64,000 nucleotides of DNA from Abditibacterium sp. Lineage in GTDB: Bacteria > Armatimonadota > Abditibacteriia > Abditibacteriales > Abditibacteriaceae. Positions within the stretch are counted from its first letter, which is position 1. Each line of letters opens with the position of its first letter. The position numbers were made by a program, and so were the translations under genes. Shown one piece after another: positions 19,842 to 28,429 of this stretch. The DNA is taken from contig OZ251992.1 of the NCBI GenBank assembly GCA_965246885.1, forward strand, positions 2,048,001 to 2,112,000. The letters run 5' to 3'. Under the pieces are notes generated by a model. The model saw nothing but the letters and a program-made list of their open reading frames with translations. It was not told where the DNA came from and made no database searches.

Positions 19842-19959
19842 CCCGCGCGAGAAGGTATAAACAAGGTGGAAACATCATCATCCTTCGCAAGCTCAGCATG
19901 AGGCGGGCGACACTTTTGTTTGCCCGTTTTAAACCTTGGCTGTTTCCTCTGGAATTATC

Positions 19960-20934
19960 ATGCAACCCACTCCCGTTCCCGCGCCCGACTTGGCCACGCA
20001 ACTTGGCCCCACGCTCCAATCGCTCAACGAGCAGCGCTTGGGCTACGTCAAACAAGCCAACACCGGCCTCTATATCGGGGCGGGCGTGTTCGTCGTGGGC
20101 GCGGTGCTACTCATGATTGCGCGCCTTGGCCCCGTTTGGCTCCTCGCGCCCCTCGTCGTGGGCGGGGCGATTTGGGGAGGGATGGCATATGCAGCGCGCG
20201 GCTCTTACACGAACGATTTCAAAGCGTTCGTCATGCCCTCTCTGGTCGCGCAGTTCGGCGACTTGCGTTACCAATCCTCTCCCGGCCTAAGCGAAAGCGA
20301 CTTTAATACCGCGCACCTGTTCCCCCGCCCCGACCGTTTCAAGTCCGAAGATTTAATCGAAGGCGCCATTGGCGCCACAAGGCTGCGCATGTCGGAAGTG
20401 CACGCCGAAGAGGAGCACGAGACCACCGACTCTGACGGTGACCGGCGCACTGAATACCGCGACATCTTCCGAGGGATGATGTTCATCTTCGACTTTAACA
20501 AGAGCTTCGTGGGCCAAACTTACATCATGCCCCAAGACATCACCGGCAAAATGGGCGGTTTGGGCAAGATGTTCCAAAAGATGGGCGCCAAAGTGTCGGG
20601 GCGCGGACAGTTGGTGCTTCTCGAAGACCCGGAGTTCGCTGCTCTGTTCAAGGTGGATGCTACCGACCAAACCGAGGCGCGCTACATCCTGTCGAGTTCC
20701 CTCATGCGCCGCCTCATTGACCTGCGCCGCCGCCAAGGAAAAGATGTCGCGGCGGCCTTCGTTGGCGGGCAGATGTTTTTGATGCTCGAAAAAAACGACA
20801 ACTGGTTCGAGGCGCCGCCGCTTTCCACGCCGCTTGATATGAACGCCCTCGGCCCGACGCTCACTCAATTGGGCTTGGCGACGGGCATCGTGTCTGACCT
20901 TGACCTCAACACCCGCATCTGGAGCAAAGAGTAA
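19960..20934 (+). CDS. DUF3137-like protein (common LemA neighbour)
   Basis: 2 N-terminal TM; SED.IEG, SEVHAE..T.SDG, IFRG, LEDPEF..DQTEARYILS..LM. Confidence 0.8.
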   Translation: MQPTPVPAPDLATQLGPTLQSLNEQRLGYVKQANTGLYIGAGVFVVGAVLLMIARLGPVWLLAPLVVGGAIWGGMAYAARGSYTNDFKAFVMPSLVAQFGDLRYQSSPGLSESDFNTAHLFPRPDRFKSEDLIEGAIGATRLRMSEVHAEEEHETTDSDGDRRTEYRDIFRGMMFIFDFNKSFVGQTYIMPQDITGKMGGLGKMFQKMGAKVSGRGQLVLLEDPEFAALFKVDATDQTEARYILSSSLMRRLIDLRRRQGKDVAAAFVGGQMFLMLEKNDNWFEAPPLSTPLDMNALGPTLTQLGLATGIVSDLDLNTRIWSKE

Positions 20935-20950
20935 CGTCAGTCGGCGGCGT

Positions 20951-21098
20951 GCATGTGTCACCCAATGGCGCACGTCTGGGAACCACCGGCAGACGTGTGT
21001 CATCGCTCGGCGCATGTCTGTCACCGAATGGCGCGCGTCTGTCACCGAATGGCGCGCGTCTGTCACCGAATGGCGCGCGTCTGTCGTTGCTCGGCGCG
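20951..21098. repeat. 21-bp-period tandem repeat array (GTCTGTCACCGAATGGCGCGC core)
   Basis: About 7 units, three near-identical; same GTCTGTC/GTCTGGG blocks as the 2413 array. Confidence 0.9.
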
Positions 21099-21140
21099 CG
21101 CGTCATCGCGCCCCATACGGCGCTTTCTACACTGCCGACT

Positions 21141-21590
21141 ATGCCAACTCTTCAAGAGACCATTACCGCCGCGTGGAAAGACGCCCTGCGCGCGGGTGAG
21201 AACAACCGCCGCGACACGATTTCGGGTCTGCGCGCCGCCATTAAAAACGCTGAAATCGAAGCGCGCGCGCCGCTTAGCGACGAAGCCGTGCAAACCGTCG
21301 TCAACAAGGAAGCCAAGAAACGCCGCGAAGCCATCGAGGAGTACACCAAAGCCGGACGCCCCGACTTAGCCGCCATCGAAAGCGGCGAATTAGACATCTT
21401 GGGTGCCTACTTGCCCGCGCAGATGGGCGACGACGAACTGCGCGCCCTCATCGCCGCTACCGTTGCCCAAACCGGCGCCGCTTCGCCCAAAGACATGGGA
21501 ATGGTGATGAAAGCCCTACAACCGCAAATCGCCGGGAAAGCGGACGGCAAACTCGCGTCCAACATGGTGAAGGAGGCGCTGGCCGCATGA
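21141..21590 (+). CDS. GatB/YqeY domain protein
   Basis: KEAKKRREAIEEY..AGR.DLA..E..EL.IL..YLP.Q, KDMGMVMK, GKADG. Confidence 0.92.
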   Translation: MPTLQETITAAWKDALRAGENNRRDTISGLRAAIKNAEIEARAPLSDEAVQTVVNKEAKKRREAIEEYTKAGRPDLAAIESGELDILGAYLPAQMGDDELRALIAATVAQTGAASPKDMGMVMKALQPQIAGKADGKLASNMVKEALAA

Positions 21591-22342
21591 AGCGCCCGCT
21601 TTTAATTCTGGGATTGTTGGGCGCGGCGCCGCTTTGCCGCGCGCAAACGGGCATTTCGGGTGCGGGGGCGATGTCAATGAGCGAGACGCCGCGCATCAAA
21701 ACGGCTTTGGGGAGCAACAAAGGGATAAGAGGCTCTGATGTCAACGTGGATTCGGACTACCGGACGCGCACGATAACCCTAACCGGAAAGACAACTTCCG
21801 CCGCACAGAGGGCTTTGGCGGAATCCATCACGCGGCAGCAAGCTCCCGGCTTTCTCATCTCCAATCGTTTAGTCGTGCGTCGCATTGTCACGAACCTAAC
21901 GACGGAGGCGCCAAGGGAATATCGGCGCATCGGGCGGTTCTTGCGGTTGTTGGCGAAGAGCCAACAGAAGCCGGGAAGCGAACCTTCGAGGCAACGGAAA
22001 CTCCCTTTCTCCGCCGTCAATGCCTTGCGCCTCGCCCGCTTTGTGTCCGCGCGCGGGGTAACTCTGATTAACTCGGACGAGTACCGGGGCAAGCCGTTGG
22101 TGCTGAGCCGCGCGCAGTTGGGGCGCGACTTGCGCCGGACGGGAAGTAGCGCGTTTGACACGTTCGCCTTTGCAGGGTTTCGCCTTCTGCGCTTGCAAGC
22201 GAGCCACAGGGGTTTAGGCGTCACCGCAACACGGTCGGGTATTGTGGTGGATGGGGAAGGCGGCTTGCGCTTGATTTGGATGCGCGAGGGAAGGCGGTTG
22301 CAGCTACGCCGCGTCGAAATCGCGGGTGACGTGGGCGAGTAG
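21587..22342 (+). CDS. Exported protein with N-terminal BON domain
   Basis: Signal peptide; RIKTAL..I.GSDVNVD..ITLTG...AQRALAE.I......I.NRL. Confidence 0.7.
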   Translation: MKRPLLILGLLGAAPLCRAQTGISGAGAMSMSETPRIKTALGSNKGIRGSDVNVDSDYRTRTITLTGKTTSAAQRALAESITRQQAPGFLISNRLVVRRIVTNLTTEAPREYRRIGRFLRLLAKSQQKPGSEPSRQRKLPFSAVNALRLARFVSARGVTLINSDEYRGKPLVLSRAQLGRDLRRTGSSAFDTFAFAGFRLLRLQASHRGLGVTATRSGIVVDGEGGLRLIWMREGRRLQLRRVEIAGDVGE

Positions 22343-22410
22343 GGACACCCGCGAAACGCTTCAGGCAACGCCGCGCGGCGCCCGCCGTCCCTTGGAACTC
22401 TTCTTTTATC

Positions 22411-23397
22411 GTGGAAAAAACAGAAATTCTTATTCCCGCGCCGCGCGTTGAAGCGGCGCAAACGTTGTTCGGAGTGGGCGATGATTCGCGCCGCTTTATT
22501 GAGCGCGAATTGGGGGTGGCGCTCAACTGGAACGAGGGGCACATCGTGGTCGTCTCCGCTTCGTCCGAAGCGGCGCAGGTCGCCGCGACGCTCCTGACGG
22601 AACTGCTCAACATTGTTGAGGGCGCGAATCGCGGCGGGCGGGCGCTCGTGCCGTCCGATGTGCGGTATTTGGTGCGCCGCGCCAAAGGCGGCAATTCCGT
22701 CGAGGGCGCGCGCAAGATGCTCGGCACGACCATCGTGACGAGCGAGCGCGGCAAGCCGATTGGCCCGCGCACGATGGGCCAAGTCGAGTATGCCGAAGCG
22801 CTAATGCGCGACGATATGGTGTTCGCCGTCGGCCCCGCCGGAACCGGCAAGACGTATATGGCCGTCGCCGCCGCCGTTGCTGCGCTCAAAGAAAAGCGCG
22901 TCAACAAGCTCATCCTCACGCGCCCCGCCGTCGAAGCGGGCGAGCGGTTGGGCTTTTTGCCGGGCGACTTGGAAGCTAAGATTGATCCCTACCTGCGCCC
23001 GCTTCATGACGCCTTGTATGACCTGCTGGACTTCGAGAAAGCGCAGAAGCTGTTCGAGCGCAAAGTGATCGAAATCGCGCCGCTCGCGTATATGCGCGGT
23101 CGCACGCTCAGCGAGGCGTTCATCATTTTGGACGAGGCGCAAAACGCGACGGGGCCGCAGATGAAGATGTTTCTGACGCGCCTTGGCTTTGGCTCGAAAA
23201 TGGTCATTACCGGGGACATCACGCAGACCGATCTGCCGCGCGGCGAGGAATCGGGCCTGCGCGCCGCCAGCCGGATTCTGCCGGGGGTCAAGGGCGTTTC
23301 GTTCGTCTATCTGACGCAGGACGACGTGGTGCGGCACAATCTGGTGCAGCGCATTATCGAGGCCTACGAAAAGAACGACTATCCTGAGCGGGGGTAA
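22411..23397 (+). CDS. phoH: PhoH family ATPase
   Basis: [53 protein letters not shown]. Confidence 0.95.
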   Translation: MEKTEILIPAPRVEAAQTLFGVGDDSRRFIERELGVALNWNEGHIVVVSASSEAAQVAATLLTELLNIVEGANRGGRALVPSDVRYLVRRAKGGNSVEGARKMLGTTIVTSERGKPIGPRTMGQVEYAEALMRDDMVFAVGPAGTGKTYMAVAAAVAALKEKRVNKLILTRPAVEAGERLGFLPGDLEAKIDPYLRPLHDALYDLLDFEKAQKLFERKVIEIAPLAYMRGRTLSEAFIILDEAQNATGPQMKMFLTRLGFGSKMVITGDITQTDLPRGEESGLRAASRILPGVKGVSFVYLTQDDVVRHNLVQRIIEAYEKNDYPERG

Positions 23398-23400
23398 GCA

Positions 23401-23484
23401 ATGCTCAATGCGGATGGCCGCGCGCTGGTGGTTTCGGCGCGCGATATGACCGGTGCAGAAAGGAGACTCTATGGGAAACGCTAA
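23401..23484 (+). pseudogene. C-terminal remnant of a BrnT-like toxin
   Basis: Translates MLNADGRALVVSARDMTGAERRLYGKR*, matching the BrnT C-terminal xxSARxMxxxERxxY motif; overlaps the antitoxin start. Confidence 0.65.
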
Positions 23485-23731
23485 AACGGGGTTATCGCAA
23501 GCGACCACTTACGAGGAGTCGGGCGAGTTTTGGGACTCGCACGGCTTGGACGGTGTGTGGAACCAAACGCGCGAGGTAGCGGTGGCGGTCGAGAGTGTGC
23601 CGGAAGCCGCGCTAACGCTCTCGCCGCCGATGCAACCTCGGTTGCACGTGGTCGCCGCGCGACAGGGCATGGCGGCGCAGGAGTTGTTAGAGTCGTGGCT
23701 TCAAGAACGCTTGGAGAGGGAGGCGGCGTGA
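23471..23731 (+). CDS. CopG/BrnA-like antitoxin
   Basis: TYEE.GEFWDSH N-terminus and ribbon-helix-helix-like C-terminus (A.RQG....L...WLQERL); AGGAGA RBS. Confidence 0.78.
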   Translation: MGNAKTGLSQATTYEESGEFWDSHGLDGVWNQTREVAVAVESVPEAALTLSPPMQPRLHVVAARQGMAAQELLESWLQERLEREAA

Positions 23732-23786
23732 TTATCAGCAGTACTGCGGCGAGAGCGCCACGTCCGTCGCGTCCCCGTAACAGCCC

Positions 23787-26354
23787 ATGAATCCTTCCGA
23801 GAAACCGCTGAATTTGGACGCGCTTCCCGGTGGGGCGCGCGAGGCGGTGCGCGAACTGCTGGCGGGCGAAACGGGCGAGGGGAACGGCGAACTGTCCTCG
23901 GACGTGCTGGACGCGCTCGCCGTTGACTCGCCGCTTTTGCCGCCGCGCGAGCCGGTCGGGGTGCGCCTCGCGTCCTACTTCGGGCGGCATCAGTTGCTGC
24001 TGCTACTCGGTTGCTTTCTGGCGCTGTGGGCGATTGTGTCGGCGCCGCTTCATTTGGGTGATGCCGATTTACGGGTCGGCATGAAGGTGTCGCATGACAT
24101 CGTGGCGCCGCAAAAGGACTTCGCTTTCGACGCCGACGAAACGCAAAAGCGCCGCGCGCGCGCGGCGGCCTTGGTCACTCCGGCTTATAATCCTGATCCA
24201 TCGGCGTTGGGGCAGGCGCTCGCGGAATTGCCGGAACTGTCGCGGACGGCGCGCCAAGTGGCGCGCGCCCTTGCGGCGCAAGCGGTGGCGACTCCTGCCC
24301 CGACTGCGTCGGTGTCGCTGGCCCCCGAAGAGCGCGGCGCGCTTCCCAAAGCGCCTTTGGTGTTGGCTCCGCCAGCGCTGCCCAAGCCCGTCTCCTTGGA
24401 AGCACTCTTTGCGGCGCGTGCGGGGTGGAAAGCGCCGCGCGCGGCAATTGTGGCGCTCGCGGGAGCGTCGGATGAGCGCTTTGAGGGCATCGTGCGGGCG
24501 GTGGGGGATGCGGTGTCGCAGACTTATGTGCGCGGGCGGATTCGCTCGGATGTGCCCGATGACGCGCTCGCGGTGCGCCCGATTTTAGCGGCGCAGCTTC
24601 AGTCGCTCGTGCAAAAGGGTGAGTTGACGGCATCTGAGCGCGAAGCGGCCTTGGCGCTGGGCGCGCGCCTCGCGCGCGTTCCTAACGTGGTGGTCAACGA
24701 GGAGGAGACGGAGCGCGCGCGCCGTCAAGCGCGCGAGTCGGTCGCGCCGGTGTTTCAACGGATAGAAGCCAACTCGCTTCTGGTGCACGAGGGGGAGCGC
24801 ATCTCGCCGGGGCAGTTCGTGCTGTTGCAGGAGTTGGGCTTGGCGGCGCCCAAGATTCGGCCACTGGAAATTCTGGCCAACGGCGCGCTGTGTCTGTTGC
24901 TGGTGGCGTCGGCGGCGTTCTTCTTGGGGCGGGGACATCGGGGGATATTGGCGCGACCCGCCGCGCTGTGGCTGGTCGCGTTCGTGCCGGTCGTGTTTCT
25001 GGCGCTGTTTCGGGTTATTTTGCGCGTGCCGCACGCGGACTTCTTGATGGTACCGCTCGCCGCGACCGCCGCGATGCTGATTACCGTTCTGTTGGATGCG
25101 CGCGTGGGCTTGGCGGCGGGGTTCGTGGTGGCGGCGCTGTGCGCGCTGATGGCGCACGCCGACGCGGGGTTGTTTCTGGGCGCAACGCTGTCGGCGTGGA
25201 TCGGCTCGTTGTCGGTGGCGAACCTGTCCTCGCGCCTTGCCCTCGCGCGTGCGGCGTGCGTGCTGGCGGGCACCAACACGCTGCTCGCGCTGGCCTTGGG
25301 CACGTTGCGATATGCGCCCCTTGAAGAAACGATCTCAACGGCGGCGTGGAGTGCCCTCGCGGGCTTGGCTTCGGTCGCGGCGATGGCGGCAAGCGCCATC
25401 TTCTTGGAGCGCCCATTTGGGATTACCTCGCACCTGCGTTTGTTGGAGTTGCTGGCGCCCGACGAGACCGTCATCCGGCGCATGCAGGTCGAGGCGCCGG
25501 GCACGTACACGCACTCCCTGATGGTGGCGACGCTTGGCGAAGCTGCCGCCAAAGCCATCGGAGCCGACTCGCTCTTGTGCCGAGTCGCGGGGCTGTATCA
25601 CGACATTGGGAAGCTGCGCCGCCCGCACTGCTTCATCGAGAACCAAAGCGGCGACAACATCCACGACCGCATCTCGCCCGCCCTCAGCGCCCTGCTGATT
25701 AAGGCGCACGTGAAGGATGGACTCGAACTGGGCCGCGCGCTCCGCTTGCCGCAACCGGTCTTGGAAGCCGTCGCTTCGCATCACGGCAAGGGCACCATCG
25801 CCTTTTTCCTCGCGCGTGCCAAAGCCACCTCCGACGGGGCGGTGGACGAGAAGCTGTTCTCCTATCCCGGCCCCCGGCCTCAGGGCAAGGAGGCCGCGAT
25901 TCTGATGCTCGCCGACTCGGTCGAGGCGTCCGCCCGCTCGCTCCAGAACCCCACGCCCGAAGCTCTGGCGGCGCACATCGAAGCCATCGTCGCTGCCAAA
26001 TTGCGCGAGGGAGAACTGGACGAATGTGAGTTATCGCTGCGCGAAATGGCGCTCGTGCGCGAAGCGTTCGCCACCACCTTGCGCGGAGCCATGCACGGGC
26101 GCGTCGCGTATCCCGATGCGGCGGGCTTGCAAGGCGAACTCGCCGCCCCATCGGGCGAGTGGGTGCGCCAAACTCTGGGCGACGACGCGCGCCGCGCGCC
26201 CGATGCGCCCCGGCCTAAAGCCAATTCCGCCAACGATAGCGCCCCAAACGGCACATCAAACGGCTCCGGCAAATCGCGCGGGCAACTCCGCCGCCGCTTG
26301 CGCGAAGAACGCGCCGCCCAAAAAGCCGCCGCCCAGTCCACCGATGCCTCGTAA
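23787..26354 (+). CDS. 7TM-HD phosphohydrolase (YqfF/PgpH-like, HDIG domain)
   Basis: Extracellular domain, 7 TM, APGTYTHSL, YHDIGK, FIENQ, HVKDG, YPGPRP, MLADSVEA; conserved phoH-HD-ybeY order. Confidence 0.92.
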   Translation: MNPSEKPLNLDALPGGAREAVRELLAGETGEGNGELSSDVLDALAVDSPLLPPREPVGVRLASYFGRHQLLLLLGCFLALWAIVSAPLHLGDADLRVGMKVSHDIVAPQKDFAFDADETQKRRARAAALVTPAYNPDPSALGQALAELPELSRTARQVARALAAQAVATPAPTASVSLAPEERGALPKAPLVLAPPALPKPVSLEALFAARAGWKAPRAAIVALAGASDERFEGIVRAVGDAVSQTYVRGRIRSDVPDDALAVRPILAAQLQSLVQKGELTASEREAALALGARLARVPNVVVNEEETERARRQARESVAPVFQRIEANSLLVHEGERISPGQFVLLQELGLAAPKIRPLEILANGALCLLLVASAAFFLGRGHRGILARPAALWLVAFVPVVFLALFRVILRVPHADFLMVPLAATAAMLITVLLDARVGLAAGFVVAALCALMAHADAGLFLGATLSAWIGSLSVANLSSRLALARAACVLAGTNTLLALALGTLRYAPLEETISTAAWSALAGLASVAAMAASAIFLERPFGITSHLRLLELLAPDETVIRRMQVEAPGTYTHSLMVATLGEAAAKAIGADSLLCRVAGLYHDIGKLRRPHCFIENQSGDNIHDRISPALSALLIKAHVKDGLELGRALRLPQPVLEAVASHHGKGTIAFFLARAKATSDGAVDEKLFSYPGPRPQGKEAAILMLADSVEASARSLQNPTPEALAAHIEAIVAAKLREGELDECELSLREMALVREAFATTLRGAMHGRVAYPDAAGLQGELAAPSGEWVRQTLGDDARRAPDAPRPKANSANDSAPNGTSNGSGKSRGQLRRRLREERAAQKAAAQSTDAS

Positions 26355-26874
26355 CGCCCTCACCCTTCGCACCTCCCAAGGCTGGCACCGCGACGCGCGC
26401 GCCTTTTTGCCGCCCGCGACAGGCTTCCGCGTCTTGAACGCCCTCGTCAAGCGCGCCTCGCTGTTATCAGTGCGCCAAACAATCGAGCGCAAGCCCCAAG
26501 CCGTCTTCCCGGCACTGCGCGAACGCGCCCACTCCCACATCTTCTGGCTCAATGTCACATGGGTGGACGACGCTCAAATGCGCGAATACAACCGCGTCTA
26601 TCGAAAAATAGACAAGCCGACGGACGTGCTCTCCTTTCCCTTTTGGGAAGGCGAAACGCTTTTCGAGGGCGAAGAGATTCCCTTGGGCGACCTCGTGTTG
26701 TCTCTCGAAACCGCCCTCCGGCAGGCGGCGGAACTCAAGCACTCCCTCGAAGACGAGTTAGCGTTTCTGGCCATTCACGGCACGTTGCACCTGCTCGGTT
26801 TCGACCACGACACGCCTGCCAAACGGCGGGCGATGTTCGGGTGGCAGGATGAATTATTCGCCGCGATGCGCTAA
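26344..26874 (+). CDS. ybeY: rRNA maturation endoribonuclease YbeY
   Basis: YR.IDKPTDVLSFP, LGDLV.S, HGTLHLLGFDH; start at ATG 26344. Confidence 0.93.
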   Translation: MPRNALTLRTSQGWHRDARAFLPPATGFRVLNALVKRASLLSVRQTIERKPQAVFPALRERAHSHIFWLNVTWVDDAQMREYNRVYRKIDKPTDVLSFPFWEGETLFEGEEIPLGDLVLSLETALRQAAELKHSLEDELAFLAIHGTLHLLGFDHDTPAKRRAMFGWQDELFAAMR

Positions 26875-26880
26875 CGCAGG

Positions 26881-28251
26881 TTAGCGCATCAGGAACTTGA
26901 TCTCGTCGGACGAGAACTCACCGTTGTCCGTCAAAACCGTCACGCTCGCGGTGTGCGGGCCTTCGATGAAGCGGGCGCGGGGAATGGTGCGGCGCATGTC
27001 GCGGGTGTTGGACAGGGCAACCGTCGCGCCGTCCACTTTCCAAAACACGCCGCGCGCTTCCATGCCTTGCGGCAGTTGCACGCGCAGTTGCAGGTCGTCG
27101 GACACAATGTCGCCGTTTTTGATGCCGCGCAGGAACGGGCGGTCAATGGTGTTGGCGACGGCTGCCGAATCGAGCAGCATATCGTCCGAAGAGTCGCCAT
27201 AAGAGAGGGCGTTTGGGTCAACCGTCGTGCCCGCTTTGATGGGGCGCTGCCAACTGTTGGGGTCGAAATAAACTTGGCTGAGGAAGTGGTCGTCGGCGAT
27301 GAGGCCGCGATACGCCAGCAGCAGTTGGCCGTTAGACAGCAGCGAGTAGTCGTTATTGGCCAAACCCGCGTTGATGGTGTTGAGGCAGAACCAGTTCACG
27401 GATTTAACGCGGGGGAAGTTGTCGCGCAGGGCGCCGTAAAAGCGCTTAGTTTTGTTGATGGCGAACTGCACGGTTTGCTCGCCGGTGCCCTTACATTCCA
27501 CCGTTGCGGCGAACTCCGATATATGAACGGGCTTGCGCGCGGCGTAGCCCTCGTAAATAAAGCGCAAAAAGTCAACCGGGTCTTCCCCAGCCGACGGGCG
27601 GTTGCGGTCGCCGTCGTGGACGAACACCGAGTAGATATTGACGCCCACCCAGTCCGTCCACTCGTCGCCGGGGTAGTAGGATTCAATGGTGTCGGTCGGG
27701 CGGGCGAAGGGCGTCCACACCATCGCCACGTTGGGCGCTTCTTGCTTCATTATCTTCGACACAAGCGCGAACTTCTCTCGGTAGAGGCGCGGCGTGCCGC
27801 CGTAGCGCCGGATGCTCCAAGGCCCGTTCATTTCGCTCGCCCAGCGCAGGAAAATAGGGACTTTGGTGCGCGCCGCGTCGCGCGCCCAGTGGCGCAGATA
27901 CGCCGAATCCGTCACGCGGTCGAGTCCATCGTTGGGTTCATACGCGATGTGAGGCGCCGCGCCCGCGCGCGCCAGTTTGTGCACCCATCCCAGCGGAAAC
28001 GGTTGCCCGTAGCCCACGTAAGTGAAATACGAGGCGTGCTTTTTGGCGGTCAACTCTTCAAAAGCCGGAATGGAGCCTCTAACGTGCGAATCGCGCTCAA
28101 TGAAGGCGCCGATGTAGCAGCCTTTGGGCGGCTCGAACAGGGCGAGACGTGCCGGGGGGACGGTTGCGGGGGCGAGTGAGGCGGCGCGCGAGAAGCGGGC
28201 GGCGCCCAAAAGGGTGGCACTCGAAGCTAAAAATTGACGGCGAGTGGGCAT
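26881..28251 (-). CDS. GH26-like glycoside hydrolase with Tat signal
   Basis: MPTRRQFL Tat motif; FLRWASEMNG.W, APNVAMVW.P, YYPGDEW.DWVGVN.Y, KPVHISEF. Confidence 0.85.
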   Translation of the reverse strand: MPTRRQFLASSATLLGAARFSRAASLAPATVPPARLALFEPPKGCYIGAFIERDSHVRGSIPAFEELTAKKHASYFTYVGYGQPFPLGWVHKLARAGAAPHIAYEPNDGLDRVTDSAYLRHWARDAARTKVPIFLRWASEMNGPWSIRRYGGTPRLYREKFALVSKIMKQEAPNVAMVWTPFARPTDTIESYYPGDEWTDWVGVNIYSVFVHDGDRNRPSAGEDPVDFLRFIYEGYAARKPVHISEFAATVECKGTGEQTVQFAINKTKRFYGALRDNFPRVKSVNWFCLNTINAGLANNDYSLLSNGQLLLAYRGLIADDHFLSQVYFDPNSWQRPIKAGTTVDPNALSYGDSSDDMLLDSAAVANTIDRPFLRGIKNGDIVSDDLQLRVQLPQGMEARGVFWKVDGATVALSNTRDMRRTIPRARFIEGPHTASVTVLTDNGEFSSDEIKFLMR

Positions 28252-28429
28252 TGCGGTGAAGCGATTCGGCGGCGGGTGTGTCGAATGAAGGCGGTAAGTA
28301 GAAAACGCTGCGCCCGGAAAGTTCCCTTTGGGCGCCGTATTATCCGCTTGGTCTCTTGGGGCCGCGTGATAAAATAAAACGCCTTCCTTAATTATGCCTC
28401 GCCCGCGTCGTGCGGCGAGTCCGTTTCGT

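Noticed and set aside
19877..19901. Possible lone REP-like motif (CATCCTTCGCAAGCTCAGCATGA) between lemA and the DUF3137-like gene
   Set aside because: Single degenerate copy with no partner in this window; cannot be supported.
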